Below, piece after piece: positions 25,671 through 38,227 of a stretch of DNA of 64,000 nt. How positions within the stretch are numbered: position 1 is the stretch's first letter; every line of letters begins with the position of its first letter. Both the position numbers and the translations under genes were made by a program. The notes beneath the pieces are model-generated. The model was given only the letters and a program-made list of their open reading frames with translations, did not search any database and was not told the DNA's origin. The DNA comes from Mobula hypostoma (Eukaryota), in NCBI RefSeq assembly GCF_963921235.1, contig NC_086097.1:17050001-17114000 (forward strand), given 5' to 3'.

Positions 25671-26821
25671 CTCTCAGTCATCTCTAAACCCAGGGAACCA
25701 ATCAAATAGTTTATGTTTATCTCTTCCCTTCCTGAAATAATTACATAAAATCCAATAACAGTAGCTCACAGGCACCTTCTTTCCCAACTGAGAAGACTAA
25801 ATTTACTTACTTGTGACATCAGAAATTAGCCACTTTGGTGCACCAACCCCAGCACATAAAAGTCTCCTTTGTCTCTCCAGTCTTTCAAAGAGTTTCTTTA
25901 TTTAAAACCCACCTCTTTTATCAAGCTTTTAAACGCCTGTCCCCATGCTCGATATCAGACTTTAATTATCTCTCCTTAGGGATGTTTTACAACACTAAAG
26001 GAGATAAAGACAGGTTGTGCTTGTTAAGTTTGATGTTACTGTTTGCGATTTAATCATGACTTCCTCTGGCTTGAGTTCGACATTAGATTCAATAGGTATT
26101 GCTTATTGGTGCTCTGTATAATTTTGTTGCAGGTATTAACCATTAACAATAAAGATCAATGAAGCACAAAGAGAATCTGTATTTACTAACAAATATCTTT
26201 ATTGGTTCAGTGAACATGCATGTGAATTTACAAAACTAAATTCTGGTGTGCATACTTAATAGGTCTCCCTAGATGTCCATTAACAGCCAAAGAATAGAAA
26301 AGGTAATAGCTGGGAAAAGGAATCTGTGATGGCCAGGCATTCCTCTTAATGCTGAGGTAATCTCCACGTTTCCAATGTGGGGCCATCCCTTCTGAAATAT
26401 TGCTGCCTGTGCTTCTGAAATGCTCTATTCCTATCCTTTTCCATATAAAATCAATGTTTTATCTTCCAATTTCATTCATTCAGACTGACTTGTGTCAGCT
26501 TCTCATTGGATCTGGCCCAAGGCTACAAGCAATATTACTTTATAACTCTTTCCCCAAACTTGTGCCTCTGGTAACTTCCTTTGCTCTTTCCAGGTCCGAT
26601 AAATGCTAGGTCCAGACCGCTTCTGATCACAGGCTGTTTTCTCTGCAGGACTGCCATTTTCACATAACCAAATAAACAGCTTCTTATCTGGAAATGGTCT
26701 CAGGTTTAGTAGCTCATCAGCAAAGAGTCCTTGTGCCCACATTCAATTGTTCTGATTGAGTCATCCCAGAGCAAGAACCAGTACACCAAACAGTTCATAA
26801 ACTGGTGGCTGTAAGAACAGT

Positions 26822-27247
26822 CTCCCTCCAAGAGGACCACAACCTTGTCATTGGGTTTGGAGGCTTGCGTGCCTCAATGATCCAGAGAGCTAATTTGTCT
26901 GAGGTCAGGGATTTCTTTATGCTTTGGCCCTTGGTAGAGTCACCCATGCCAAACAGGTCAAACGGTAAAGGACAGACTGAGAGTAGTCCACTGCTCCTCC
27001 ATGTTCGGGGGTTCAGCTCAGGGCTAACAGCCCAGCTTGGTAAAACAAGATTGTTACAGAAACACCAATGAAGAATTCTTCTACATTTGAGTGCGATGGT
27101 ATTTCTGAGTCTCCACCCGGGACTTACATGACTGACAGTAGTGAAAGCTGAGAAGAAGCTACTGACTGATTATGACCTGAACATCACCAGAGATAGAGGA
27201 CCTTCATTGTGCCCCAAGCACCCATGGTGTAATGGGCAGTAAGTAAG
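26822..27247 (+). mobile_element. Bipartite RTE-derived non-autonomous element, family B (copy 1)
   Basis: 5' CCTCCAAGAGGACCACAACCTTGTC..GGAGGCTTGCGTGCCTCAATGA resembles RTE/BovB 5'UTRs; 3' GGGCAGTAAGTAAG tail. Confidence 0.7.
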
Positions 27248-28369
27248 AACAATCTCACAAAATGTGTCTGATTATTGACACATCAGAATACAAAGTTAGC
27301 CAAGACTACCAAAAGCAAATATTGATAGCTTACCACAAGATTCATACATTTAATTGTGCTTTAATGAAACAATGAAAAATGGAATTAATTTTACATGGGC
27401 AGCGATAAACAGATGATGGTCAATCAACAGCCTTAACTACCTCTTGCCTGAATTTATTTTCCATTGATTCAACTCACCATTCAATGCTTTTAATATAGAG
27501 AAAGTGTGAAGAAAATAGCAGGTCTATTATATAGTTTAACACAAGGTAATTGGTTCATTTACGATTCTCTGTACTGACCTGACAGAGCACTAACTCATTT
27601 GGTACAAGGTAAACCATTAGAGCTTGCTTTAGTTCAACTTTGACAAAGCAGGGAGAAGGATTGTTGCCAAAGGAAACATCTTGCTGGAACTGGTAACATT
27701 ACAGTTTGAAAATGGTTCCAGTCCAGGCTCTGAACGTAACATTACAACCTGCATTGGTGGAATGCCACAGATAACATGGTCTGCAACTATAAAGTGTTGG
27801 ATCATCTGGATTCCAAACTTCTGAGTTGTATCTTATATTCATTCCAAATAAGATCTCAAAAGTATTCCAGATCTTCTACGTGACACGGTGACAGAAAGAC
27901 AATGGAAAAGATTATAAATCTGTTAAGAAGACAAAAGCTGGAGCATTCATTTTCAAATGAGAGTAACAAAATCATGCCGGATTTATTCATGAGCAGTCGA
28001 TGTGCATTCCCTTTCAACATGCATCAATGTTCAGGCAATAATTTACACATTTTCCACATATTTTACAGACTGATTTAAAAGTGTGAAGTAGTTTAAAAAA
28101 AGGAACAACCTGCAGATGGGAGAAATTTGAATGCAGCAACACATAAACACAAAGATTAAACTATGAATTATGAGTATATGATGGTTTGTTTGTAATTGCC
28201 TTTTTACACTGTCTTGTCGGAGATATTAACTCATTTATGTTACCCTATTTATTTTATATATATTAACGTCTGTGGATATGATTTATGTTGTAAAGATCCT
28301 GGACTTCATTTTGTAAACCTTGCTCTGCTTTCCTATTCCTTTCTTGTCTCTTGTGGTCGTGGTGACAAT

Positions 28370-29718
28370 ATTTTGACAAACATATGTAGATGTGTGGTGG
28401 AGTGTATATCAACTGGCTGCATTACAGCCTGGTGTGGAAACATCAATGCCCTTGAACAGAAAATCCTACAGAAAGTACTGGATATGGCCTAGTCCATTAT
28501 GTGTACAGTCCTCCCCACCAGTGAGCACGTGAAGTGCTAATGCAGGAAATCAACATTGATTACCAGGGACACCACCTACGTCATGTTCTCTTCTCGCTGT
28601 TGCCATCAGGAAGAAGACACAGGAACATCAGGACTCACATCACCAGGTTCAGGAACAGCTATTACCCACTAACCATCAGGCTCTTGAACCAAAGAGGACA
28701 ATTTCACTCAGTTTTGCTTGCCTGTTCATTGAAATGTTCCCTCAACCTATGGACTCACTTTCGAGGACTCTTCATTTCATGTTCTGATATTTTTTGCTTA
28801 TTTATTTATTTGTAGCCCCCCGGCCAGCTTCAGGGTCGCTCGGCCCGCTGTCGTCTAGGGAAACAGCCCTCGGCCCTGCCAAACTGGGTAATTAGTTTGT
28901 GTGGATGCTGTGTGATGTACCCCACCCCGCCCAAATAACAGACAATACGCCAGATACGATTAAATAATTTACAGTTTATAGATATTACTGGAACTATATA
29001 ATTGATAGAGAATAAAATATAAAAGGAAAATAAAAGGCGCCACACTTATCAAAGTTCAATCTCTTCGTGCACAAACAGTTGGAGCTCAGGACCCTTCTTC
29101 TTCACCCTGAGACCCCTTGGAACACCTTGACTGGCCACCTGGGAGTAACAATGGTGGTTGACCAGACGCTCCACACGAGTTGGTCTCCGTCTCCTCTCCT
29201 CGCCGAACGCCCCACTCGGGGTCCGACCCCGTTAGTGGACTCACAGCACCTGATCCATCCTCTGTCTCTCTCTCCCGCCTTCTCCCCCAAAACCTTGCGC
29301 ATACAGTATCTTCAAATACACCAAAAACATAACGACTATCCCAATTGGTTCGTAACATATTCTTATTACACTCTAACCCAAAACAAGCTGCTAGTGCAAG
29401 AACTTTCTCAGCGTTTAACATAACAAAGAAGCATTCCCAAGTATAACATAACAAAGAAGCCATCTTAATTAGCCTATGCAGTAACATAAAAGACGAAACC
29501 CCCTTACATATTATTATTATTTCTTTTTGTATTTGCAAAGTTCATTGTCTTTTGACTACTGGTTGAATGCCCACATTGGTGCGATCTTTCATTGATTCTA
29601 TTGTGGTTATTATTCTATTATGGATTTATTAAGCTTGCTGCAAGAAAATGAATCTCAGGGTTGCATATGGTGGCATGTATGTACTTAGATAATAAACTTA
29701 CTTTGATCTTTGAACTTT
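28370..29718 (+). mobile_element. Rex1/Babar 3' fragment split by a solo LTR
   Basis: CVVECISTGCITAWCG, LFSLLPSGRRHR..TRFRNSYYP; AATAAA and (CTTTGA)n tail. Confidence 0.85.
28811..29508. mobile_element. Solo LTR (698 bp) with 4-bp TSD TATT
   Basis: TGTA...TACA termini; TATT at 28807-10 and 29509-12. Confidence 0.85.
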
Positions 29719-29814
29719 GGAGAAATGGCACTCTGAGGCTTGGACCATTGACTCAAGGTATTTGGATTGAAAAGCCAGTTTCACTGATATTGAGCATGAT
29801 GGTTCTACATTGCT

Positions 29815-30012
29815 GAAAACACACACACGCAAACTCACCAGGTCCACAAATGGAAGCTGGTGTGTGGACGGAGGTCCATGGAGTCCCGATGAAGAGACTC
29901 ACCCCAAAATATCGACTCTTTATTCCTTTTCATCACTGCTGCCTGTCCTGCTGAGTTCCTCCAGTACCACGTATGTGTTACTTTGGACTCTGCAGAATCT
30001 GCTGTGTTTATC
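29815..30012. mobile_element. Degenerate Penelope-derived foldback miniature
   Basis: GAGTCCCGATGAAG...ATCGACTC core followed by CCTGCTGAGTTCCTCCAG. Confidence 0.6.
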
Positions 30013-30059
30013 ACGGATGAAAACTCACCATGGTTTCTTGTGTCCCGAATGGACAATGA

Positions 30060-30355
30060 TTTTACTTTATTTTATTTTACTTAGAGATATTATGTGGAAC
30101 AGATGCTTCCACCCCACTGCCCAGCAACCCACCGATTTAACCCTCACCTCATCAGGGGACAATTTAACAATGACCAATTAGTGTACTGACCGGTATATCT
30201 TTGGACTGTGGGAGGAAACCTAAGCACTTGAGGGAAACCCATGCACAAATGGGGATGGACGTACAAATTTTCTTACAGAGGACACCAGAGTTGAACTCCG
30301 AAACCCTGAGCTATTGTAGTGTTGTGTTAACCTCTATGCTGCTGTGGTGCCCACA
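30060..30355 (-). mobile_element. V-domain tRNA-derived SINE
   Basis: TCTTTGGACTGTGGGAGGAAACC...GGGAAACCCATGCAC is the antisense V-SINE core. Confidence 0.75.
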
Positions 30356-31208
30356 GTAACCACAATGTTCACACACTAGGGAGAGGGAATTAGAAAATGC
30401 CACTAACCCAGCTTTTCGTCACTGGATTTATACTCAACTAATGTGGCTGAATATCAAGTTTATTAGCAATTCTTATTAGACACTAGACTGCAGTAAATAC
30501 TATTAATGCAGCGGGTGATTTGAGATTAATAGATTCAGCAAGTCAAGGAGAACTTTCATGACACACGCTTACTAAATTTCACTGATTTTTACTGGAAGTA
30601 ACAAAGGCACATTATCCCCTTCCTGTACCTGGGGCTATTGCCTTGAGTTGATGCATTGAATCACGTGTGGGGCAGCCCTTATATATAAGGGAACATTGCT
30701 GTATTTTTGCGCAGGATATGAAACAATCAGAAACTTGTGCGGAGGAGTTAAACTATAAGCCCTTCCTCACTTGCAGAATTCAAGTGGAGACTGTGTGGTG
30801 GCTATGTTACTGGTGGAATGTTCCAGAGGCTTAGACTAGTGATCCAGAGAATGTATTTCAAGGCAGATTGAGAGATTTAACTCAGAGTAAAATGTATCTT
30901 GAAATTCAAAGCTGGAACGAATGCAAGAACCCATCAAGATGTAAAAACTAAACTAATCTGCAAATGTTACTTAATTTTAAATTTGAACCATCTCCCTCAA
31001 AAAATAATTGGCAGTCATTTTCTTTTAACTATGCTCCTAAACTGTGGAATTTAATACATAAATCTATAAAGGATGCAGACTCAGTTGACACTTTTAAACA
31101 CCAGCACAAAACCTATCCTTGCTTTTAACTTAAAATCTTTTTGTCATTTATTTTCATATTTGCACTTATCCCATTGGAAAACACTTTCAACTACATCACT
31201 TGTATGAT

Positions 31209-31612
31209 CTTACTTACTTACTTACTGCCTGTTACACGGTTGGTGTTTAGGGCAGCAATGAAAGTCGTCCATTTTGGGCTGCATTCATCATGCCAGCAGC
31301 TTCCTCTCGGTTTTCACTCTTGTCAGTCATGTAAGTTCTGAGTGGAGACTGAGGAATACCGCCCTACTCAGATGTAGAAGGATTCTTCATTGCTGTTTCC
31401 GTAACAACTTTGTTAATCTTGAGCTGAACCCCCGGACCTGGGGGACCAGTGGCCCACTCTTAGTCTGGGCTCTCCCCTTTGACTTGTTTGACATGGGTGA
31501 CCCTACCAGGAACCAAAGCGTAAAGCACTGACTCCAGCCAACATAGCTCTCCGGGTCATTGAGTATTGCAAGCCTCCAAGCCCAATGACAAGACTGTGGT
31601 CCTCTTGGAGGA
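31209..31612 (-). mobile_element. Bipartite RTE-derived element, family B (copy 2)
   Basis: (CTTA)4 tail and GGTCCTCTTGGAGG end; reverse complement of 26822-27247. Confidence 0.75.
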
Positions 31613-32034
31613 TTTGTATGAAAAGCACTCTATACATAAGTTGTTATTATTATTTGTTTCTCATTAGGCAAGTGGAAGAGAAAACATTGTAATTGCTTTA
31701 TATGTTAGATAGATTATTTTCCTTAAGTATTATACACAAAGTTATGTATTGTACAGGATTTTTATGTTTTATGTGTTGCATAATTTTTTTAAATACATGT
31801 CATTTTTCAGTTTCTCCTATCTTCATGGGCAGGAGGTGTAGGGACTAGATATATCAGTATAGATGAGTCTGGAGCAAGGATAACACCCCAGTCGCTACAC
31901 ACTACTGTACAGTAATAAGCAACATGATTAAAATGTAAATGTGAATCTGGTATCCATTGGTAATTTGGAAAAGAGCTACATACTTCTGCTGGTTCAGTAC
32001 AAGCATCATTGACGTTTAATCTGGAAAGAGGTTA

Positions 32035-32040
32035 GTGTGT

Positions 32041-32105
<65 letters not shown>

Positions 32106-32139
32106 CGTGTGTGCACGTGCATACGTGTGCGTGCGCGCG
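32035..32139. repeat. (GT)n microsatellite with alternating purine-pyrimidine extension
   Basis: Read directly; unbroken R/Y alternation 32043-32139. Confidence 0.95.
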
Positions 32140-33054
32140 AGTGCAGATTTACCTCCACTGAAAAACTCCATAAGGCCAATATGTTGTTCACAGATAACCA
32201 ACCACACAGTCTCGAAAGTCAAAGAGCCCTTGTTAATGGAAGTGCTGTTGAGACGTCAGGCGAAAGAAAATCCTGGCAAACAGGCAAAGACAACAGTTAG
32301 AGGCACGGCAGTAATTATTTCCTGTGATTCCAATCGGATTAAATGCTCAGTCCCAAGGTCAGACAGAGCAATTTGGAAAAAGTAAGGACTGTATTCATGT
32401 AAAGTGATTTTGGCGATTCAAGGTGCCTGGGGTCCATCAAGTGCTATTCAACATGACATAAAGGGCAGAGCTTGTGCTCTGACATTAACCCTCGCTCTGC
32501 TGAAATAAAACATGAATCTCATGCTATCAGCATAATAACCAGGGTGGTTCAATTTATAAAGAAATATTTGTCTTTCTTTGCTGCTCCCAGTCTTTCATGT
32601 CTTCAACAGGTCACCTGTGATCATGGTTAGCTTCCACAAAGTCGTGGATAAGATATTGGACAGGTCAAGCACAGACAATGACAGATCATAAATGATAATG
32701 GGCAGTTCACATGGACGTGACGTGCAGGTGGCTAAAATGGTTCCAGGAGTCCTGTCAATGTTGCACCGTAAACTTCTTGCAAGATGTAGGAATGATTGGT
32801 GCATTCATATGCAAAAATTCACAAATGACCATTCCCTGTGAAAGTGCATCTTACCTTATGCCATGTTTGTTCCTAGTTTTGCAGACATAAGATTTTAATT
32901 GGTAAGATGCAAAGATTGCAGAATAAAGGATTTCAATTGTAGAAAACAGGCCATCTGTGACATTATGCCCTGAGCTGAAAATGCATTGGCTAAATATGGT
33001 GCTGATTTGTGGGAAGTACACAAAGCTACTCAAGGGCTCTATAACTTATGTTAT

Positions 33055-33252
33055 CAGTAATATTTATTTATTCAATTTTTTTTTGTATTTGCACAGTCTG
33101 TCTTCTTTTCCACGTAGATTGCTTGTCAGTTTTTGCATGTAGTTTTTAATTGATTTTGTTGGATTTCTTTGTTCTACTGTGAATGTCTGCAAAACCTGAT
33201 TCTCAGGGTAGTGTACGGTAACTTTGATAAGAAATTTACTTTGAACTTTGAG
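33055..33252 (+). mobile_element. Rex1/Babar 3'UTR fragment
   Basis: Matches the 3'UTR at 29510-29718 (TTGTATTTGCA..TCTCAGGGT..CTTTGAACTTTG). Confidence 0.7.
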
Positions 33253-35164
33253 TTGGAATAGAGAGAAGCTGAGCATTCTGTAGCAAAGCTAGCTTTAGTT
33301 TGGATCTGATTTGTGCCCTTTTTCCATTTAATAGATGGAAATGATTTCTACAATAAAAATCTAATTTTAATTTTAAAAAGAGGAAAATGAAAATTGATTC
33401 TGATATTTTAAGTTAATAGCCTACATGCTAAATTGCTTCATAGCTCTGAGATGTCAGCGATGTGATACTAAACCTGATTCTGAGATTGTTCTGTATTTTC
33501 CTGCTCTTAATGGTTATTTTTCTTAATATTGTTTATCAAAATGACTGGTTCGTAAATCCCATTTTGTACTGGCGTGACTCATGTTAACAGTGACCCCATG
33601 AATTTGCATGACCTTTTCATGACGCACAACACAAACTAGGCTTGTTTTCTACATCACTGACTACATTTAATTAGCTGTAAAGTTCTTTGGATGTCCTGAA
33701 GTTGTGAAAGGCAAGGCATTGCTTTCTTGTATTCCTTTGAGTATAGGATATTAATGGATAAACAGAAGAGATTCTGCAGATGCTGGAAGTATTAATGGGT
33801 GACGTGATTGAAGTATTTAAAATCTTGTTTTTTTATCGATAGCAGGAAACCATTTCCTACATTAGGAAAATCAGCATTAAATGGGCATTTTTTTTTCAAA
33901 ATGAGACTAAGGTCCATTTAAGAGAGAAATCAAGAAACACATTTTCAAATAGTGGTGATAGAGTTCCCATGGTGTCTCCCACAAATGACTGCATTTTAAC
34001 AGCTTACTACATTAAGATTGGTAGATTTTGTTAGGTAAGGAATATAAAACTATGTAAGAAAATACCACTGAGGAGGAGGAGGATTTAATGCCAGTATCCA
34101 CTCTTCTGTTTCACTCTTTATTATGTACGTAAATCCTGCCTTTTCAATGCTCTGTTCACAGCTCACAATCTCTTAAGGGGCTTGTAGTTCCATGCTTGAG
34201 TCTTACAACTGCACCAAAGAGATGGGAACCAGCCAGTGCAAGTAATTTTCAAATGTAAACAACTATAAACAAAACAACTCATGTTCAGTGCCTAATTTCA
34301 GAGCTTTAATCATCGGTAAATGGAAAGGTAAAAGTAAGTTAGAGAGATGTCTGGTTGGTGACTAATTTAGTGGATGTAAGTTTTGATTCCTGCCCCCCCG
34401 TTGAGTTCCCTATTTTATTGTTAGGTTGGTGGGGGAAAGCAAGGTCACTGAGAGAAAACAAACTTTCCCAAGGAAGCAAACACAATTTGAAAGGGATTGT
34501 TATCACTACTTCATCTTTTTACATTTCACATGGGAGGAGGTCTCCCACCTATCCAGTTTCCCTTAGGAGGTCCTGAAACCTGAGCAGGTGAAGTTAAATT
34601 GTGGTTTTAACATTGGGGATAAATAGCATTGACACTAAGTTTATTTATGGTAGGCTTAGGACACGACAAAGACCTAATGTGTTTGAATCTGATAGCTCAT
34701 GGTTCACTGGAATTCTTTAAAGGAAATATAATATTTATCGAATTAATAGCACACTGCTATAGGTGTAATGAAAATTAGTAAAGGAAGCAGAAAGTGGTAA
34801 TGAGAAAATTTCTCCACTGGATTCATAACATGGCAATTGAAATTAACTCTTGAGATATTATGAAATTTTCTAATCATACAAAGCTCCATGTTTGATTGAC
34901 ATATGGAGAAAATAATGACTATAAAAAACAGGAAACTTTTAAGTAAATATATTGAGGAAAACCAGACAGGTTTTAATTAACATAACTGCGAAGTAATGTA
35001 CAGTATATGGGAGCAGGCCATTGTCTAAATCAATCCTGCAAACCTAAAAACTTCCAGATCCATTGATTCATTAGCAAAAACAAAATTATCAGGAAAGTAT
35101 AACCTCCCAGAATGATTTTAAACATCTCAAGGTGACAAATGGGAAGATAAAGTGCTCATTCACT

Positions 35165-35390
35165 ATGACTCACTTTTAAGAACTCTACAACTCATGTTTT
35201 CAGTATTATTTATTTATTATTTTTGTATTTGCACATTGGTTGTTTATTAGTCTTCGTTTGAGTGTAGTTTTTCATTGATTCTATTGTATTTCTTTGTTCT
35301 ACTGTGAATGCCTAAAAGAAAATGAATCTCAGGGTAGTATATGGTGACATATATGCACATACTTTGATAATAATTGTACTTTGAAGTTTA
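35165..35390 (+). mobile_element. Rex1/Babar 3'UTR fragment
   Basis: Same 3'UTR (AGAAAATGAATCTCAGGGTAGTATATGGTG). Confidence 0.7.
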
Positions 35391-35804
35391 AAAGACATCT
35401 ATTTAAGCCAATTCGCACTGTAGACATGAAAACGAAAGAGAAACAGGAATGGGTCATTCTGTCCCTCATGTGCCATTCAATAAGGCCATAGCTAGTCATT
35501 TACTTCAGTGACAGTTTCCTGCAACAACCTCGTGTTTCTTGATTCTTTTAATATCAAAAAAAATCTATTGATCTTTGTTTTCAATAAACTGCCTGAGAAC
35601 CACCTCATTCTTCTTGAACAGAGGAATTCCAAAGATTCTCTACCTCTAGTTGAGAAAATTCTCATCCCATGAAACCTCTTAAAATTATCTCTCATTCTTT
35701 TAGTATGAAGAGAATAAAGACTCATTTTGCTTAATCTCCTCTCATAGAATAATCTCTTCCTTCTGAAGAATCAATCTAGTGAATCTTCATTGTGTTCCCT
35801 CTAT

Positions 35805-37196
35805 AGAAAGGAAACTATAGACCTCTTAGCCTGATATCAGTGGTTAGGAAGTTGTTGGAATCGATTGTTAAGGATGAGATTATGGAGTAACTGGAGGCAC
35901 ATGACAAGATAGGTCAAAGCCAGCATGGTTTCCTGAAAGGAAAATCCTGCCTGACTAAGCTACTACAATTTTTGTGGAAATTACGAGCAGGGTAGACAAA
36001 GGAGATGCAGTAGATGTGGTGTCCTTGGATTTTCAGAAGGCCTTTGACAAGGTGCCACTTAGCAAGATAAGAGCCCATGGAATTACAGGGGAGTTTCTAG
36101 CATGGGTGGAGCATTGGTTGATCGGCAGAAAACAGAGAGCAGGAATAAAGGGATCCTATTCTGCCTGGCTGCCCATTACCAGTGGAGTTCCACAGGGGTC
36201 GGTGTTCAGACAGCTTCTTTTTATGATGTATGTCAATGACTTGGACTATGGGATTAATGGAATTGTGGCTAGATTTGCTGATGATAAAAAGATAGTTGGA
36301 GGAGCGGGTAGTGTTGAGGAAACAGGGAGCCTGCAGAGAGACTTATATAGTTCAGGGGAACAGGCAAAGAAGTGGCAAATGAAGTACAATGTTGGAAAGT
36401 GTATGGTCATGCACTTTGGTAGAAGAAAAAAACAGGCAGACTATTATTTAGATGGGAGAGAATTCAAAATGCAGAGATGCAAAGGGACTTGGAAGTCTTT
36501 ATGCAGGATACCCTGAAGGTCAACCTCCAGGTTGAGTCAGTGGTGAAGAAGGTGAATGCATTTATTTCTAGAGACAAAGAATATAAGATCAGGGATGTGA
36601 TGTTAAGGCTCAATAAGGCACTCGTGAGACCACACTTGGAGTATTGTGTGCAGTTTTGGGCTCCTTATTTTAGAAAGGATATACTGACATTGGAGAGGGT
36701 TCAGAGAAGATTCACGAGAATGATTCCAGGAATGAAAGGGTTACCAAATCAGGAACGTCTGGCAGCTCTTGGGCTGTATTCCCTGGAGTTCAGGAGAATG
36801 AGGGGGATCTCTTAGAAACATTCTGAATGTTAAAAGGTCTGAACAGATTAGATATGGCAAAGTTATTTCCCATGGTAGGGGAGTCTAGAACAAGAGGGCA
36901 CAACTTCAGGATTGAAGGACGTCCATTTTGAACTGAGATGCGGAGAAATTACTTTAGTCAGAGGGTGGCAAATCTGGAATTTGTTGCCATGAGAGGTTGT
37001 AGAGGCCAAGTCATTAGATGCATTTAAGGCAGAGATAGATAGGTTCTTGATTAGCCAGGGCATCAAAGGGACTGGGGAGAAGGCAGGGGAGTGGGGATGA
37101 CTGGAAGTATTGGATCAGTCCATGATTGAATGGCAGAGCAGACTTGATGGTCTGAATGGCCTACTTCTGTTCCTGTATCTTATGGTCTTATGGTCT
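35805..37196 (+). mobile_element. 5'-truncated CR1 LINE (RT to 3' tail)
   Basis: ORFs 35974-36516 and 36477-36815: LDFQKAFDKVP, SGVPQGSV, RFADDK, LVRPHLEYCVQFWAP; (TCTTATGG)2 tail. Confidence 0.93.
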
Positions 37197-38189
37197 AATT
37201 ATAACTTTCTGTAACAGCTACTTGAAAAACAAACCAGAACTGCTGAGAGACTGAGTGAGGGAATTAGCACTGTGTGAAAGGCTTCCAAATAACTGAGTTC
37301 CATATTGATAAAAGAACATTCAATCCTTTATTATGAAAAATCTAGCAAAGATGAACGATCAAAAATAGCAATACTGAAGTTAGCAATATTTACAAAGTTT
37401 GCAGAATTAGCAATATAAGCAAAATAAGTACAATTAGCGTTCAACAAAAAAATTCATCCCTGCTTAGTCTATCTCTAACAATACCAACGGTATAAAGGGT
37501 GAATACGTGACTATACTCATTTACTTCTACCATGTCGTGTCTACTACATGACAAATTGCTGTAACCCAAAATAAAACACGAAACACAAAGTATAATACAT
37601 ACAGACAGAAAATAGATAGATACATTTTCCATAGTTAAGGAGAACAGATTTGTGCAATCTGTCCAATGTATCATCTCATCAAGACCTTTTGTGAATTCTG
37701 GGTTGAATATTCTTGTACTCAGTTGTTTCATTTACCTTGTTCTTTGTCTTCCTCCAGATATGATAGTATCATGGTTAAACTTGGCAACATAGAAACATGG
37801 GAAATGGAAGCAGTAATAAGCCCACCCTGCATTCAATATTATTATGATTGATCATCTGTCTCAATGACCCTTTCTCTTCCCAGATCCCTTAATGCCGTTT
37901 GCATCTTAGAAGTTATCCATCTCCACCTTACAACTACTCCAAAAGATAGCATTTGCTAAGAGAATTTGCAGTTACTCCACTCTCTGTGTAAAGATACTTT
38001 TCCTCATCACAGTCCTAAATTTCTTGCCCTATGGCCCAACACCAAGTTGTCCTGTCCAAGATCGGAAGAAGCCGCAGAAGATCGTGAACACAACGTAGCA
38101 CATCACACAAACCAATCTTCCGTCCTTGGAACACACATCAAGGTTGCTGGTGAATGCAGCAGGCCAGGCAGCATCTGTGGGAAGAGGTG

Positions 38190-38227
38190 CAGTCGACGTT
38201 TCAGGCTGAGACCCTTCGTCAGGACTA
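38190..38227 (-). ncRNA. Minimal hammerhead ribozyme motif (mirror copy)
   Basis: Reverse complement of the 40900 motif; loop II is CTCA. Confidence 0.72.

Noticed and set aside
26480..26710. Strong acceptor-like sites (also ~4434, ~32609, ~52938)
   Set aside because: Early stops or no convincing donor or peptide; such sites are expected by chance.
27670..27760. Possible miRNA hairpin; GTAACATTACA occurs twice
   Set aside because: Only ~8 bp of pairing and no recognisable mature miRNA.
32006..32385. ORFs with (HT)n or (VC)n repeats
   Set aside because: Translations of the GT microsatellite.
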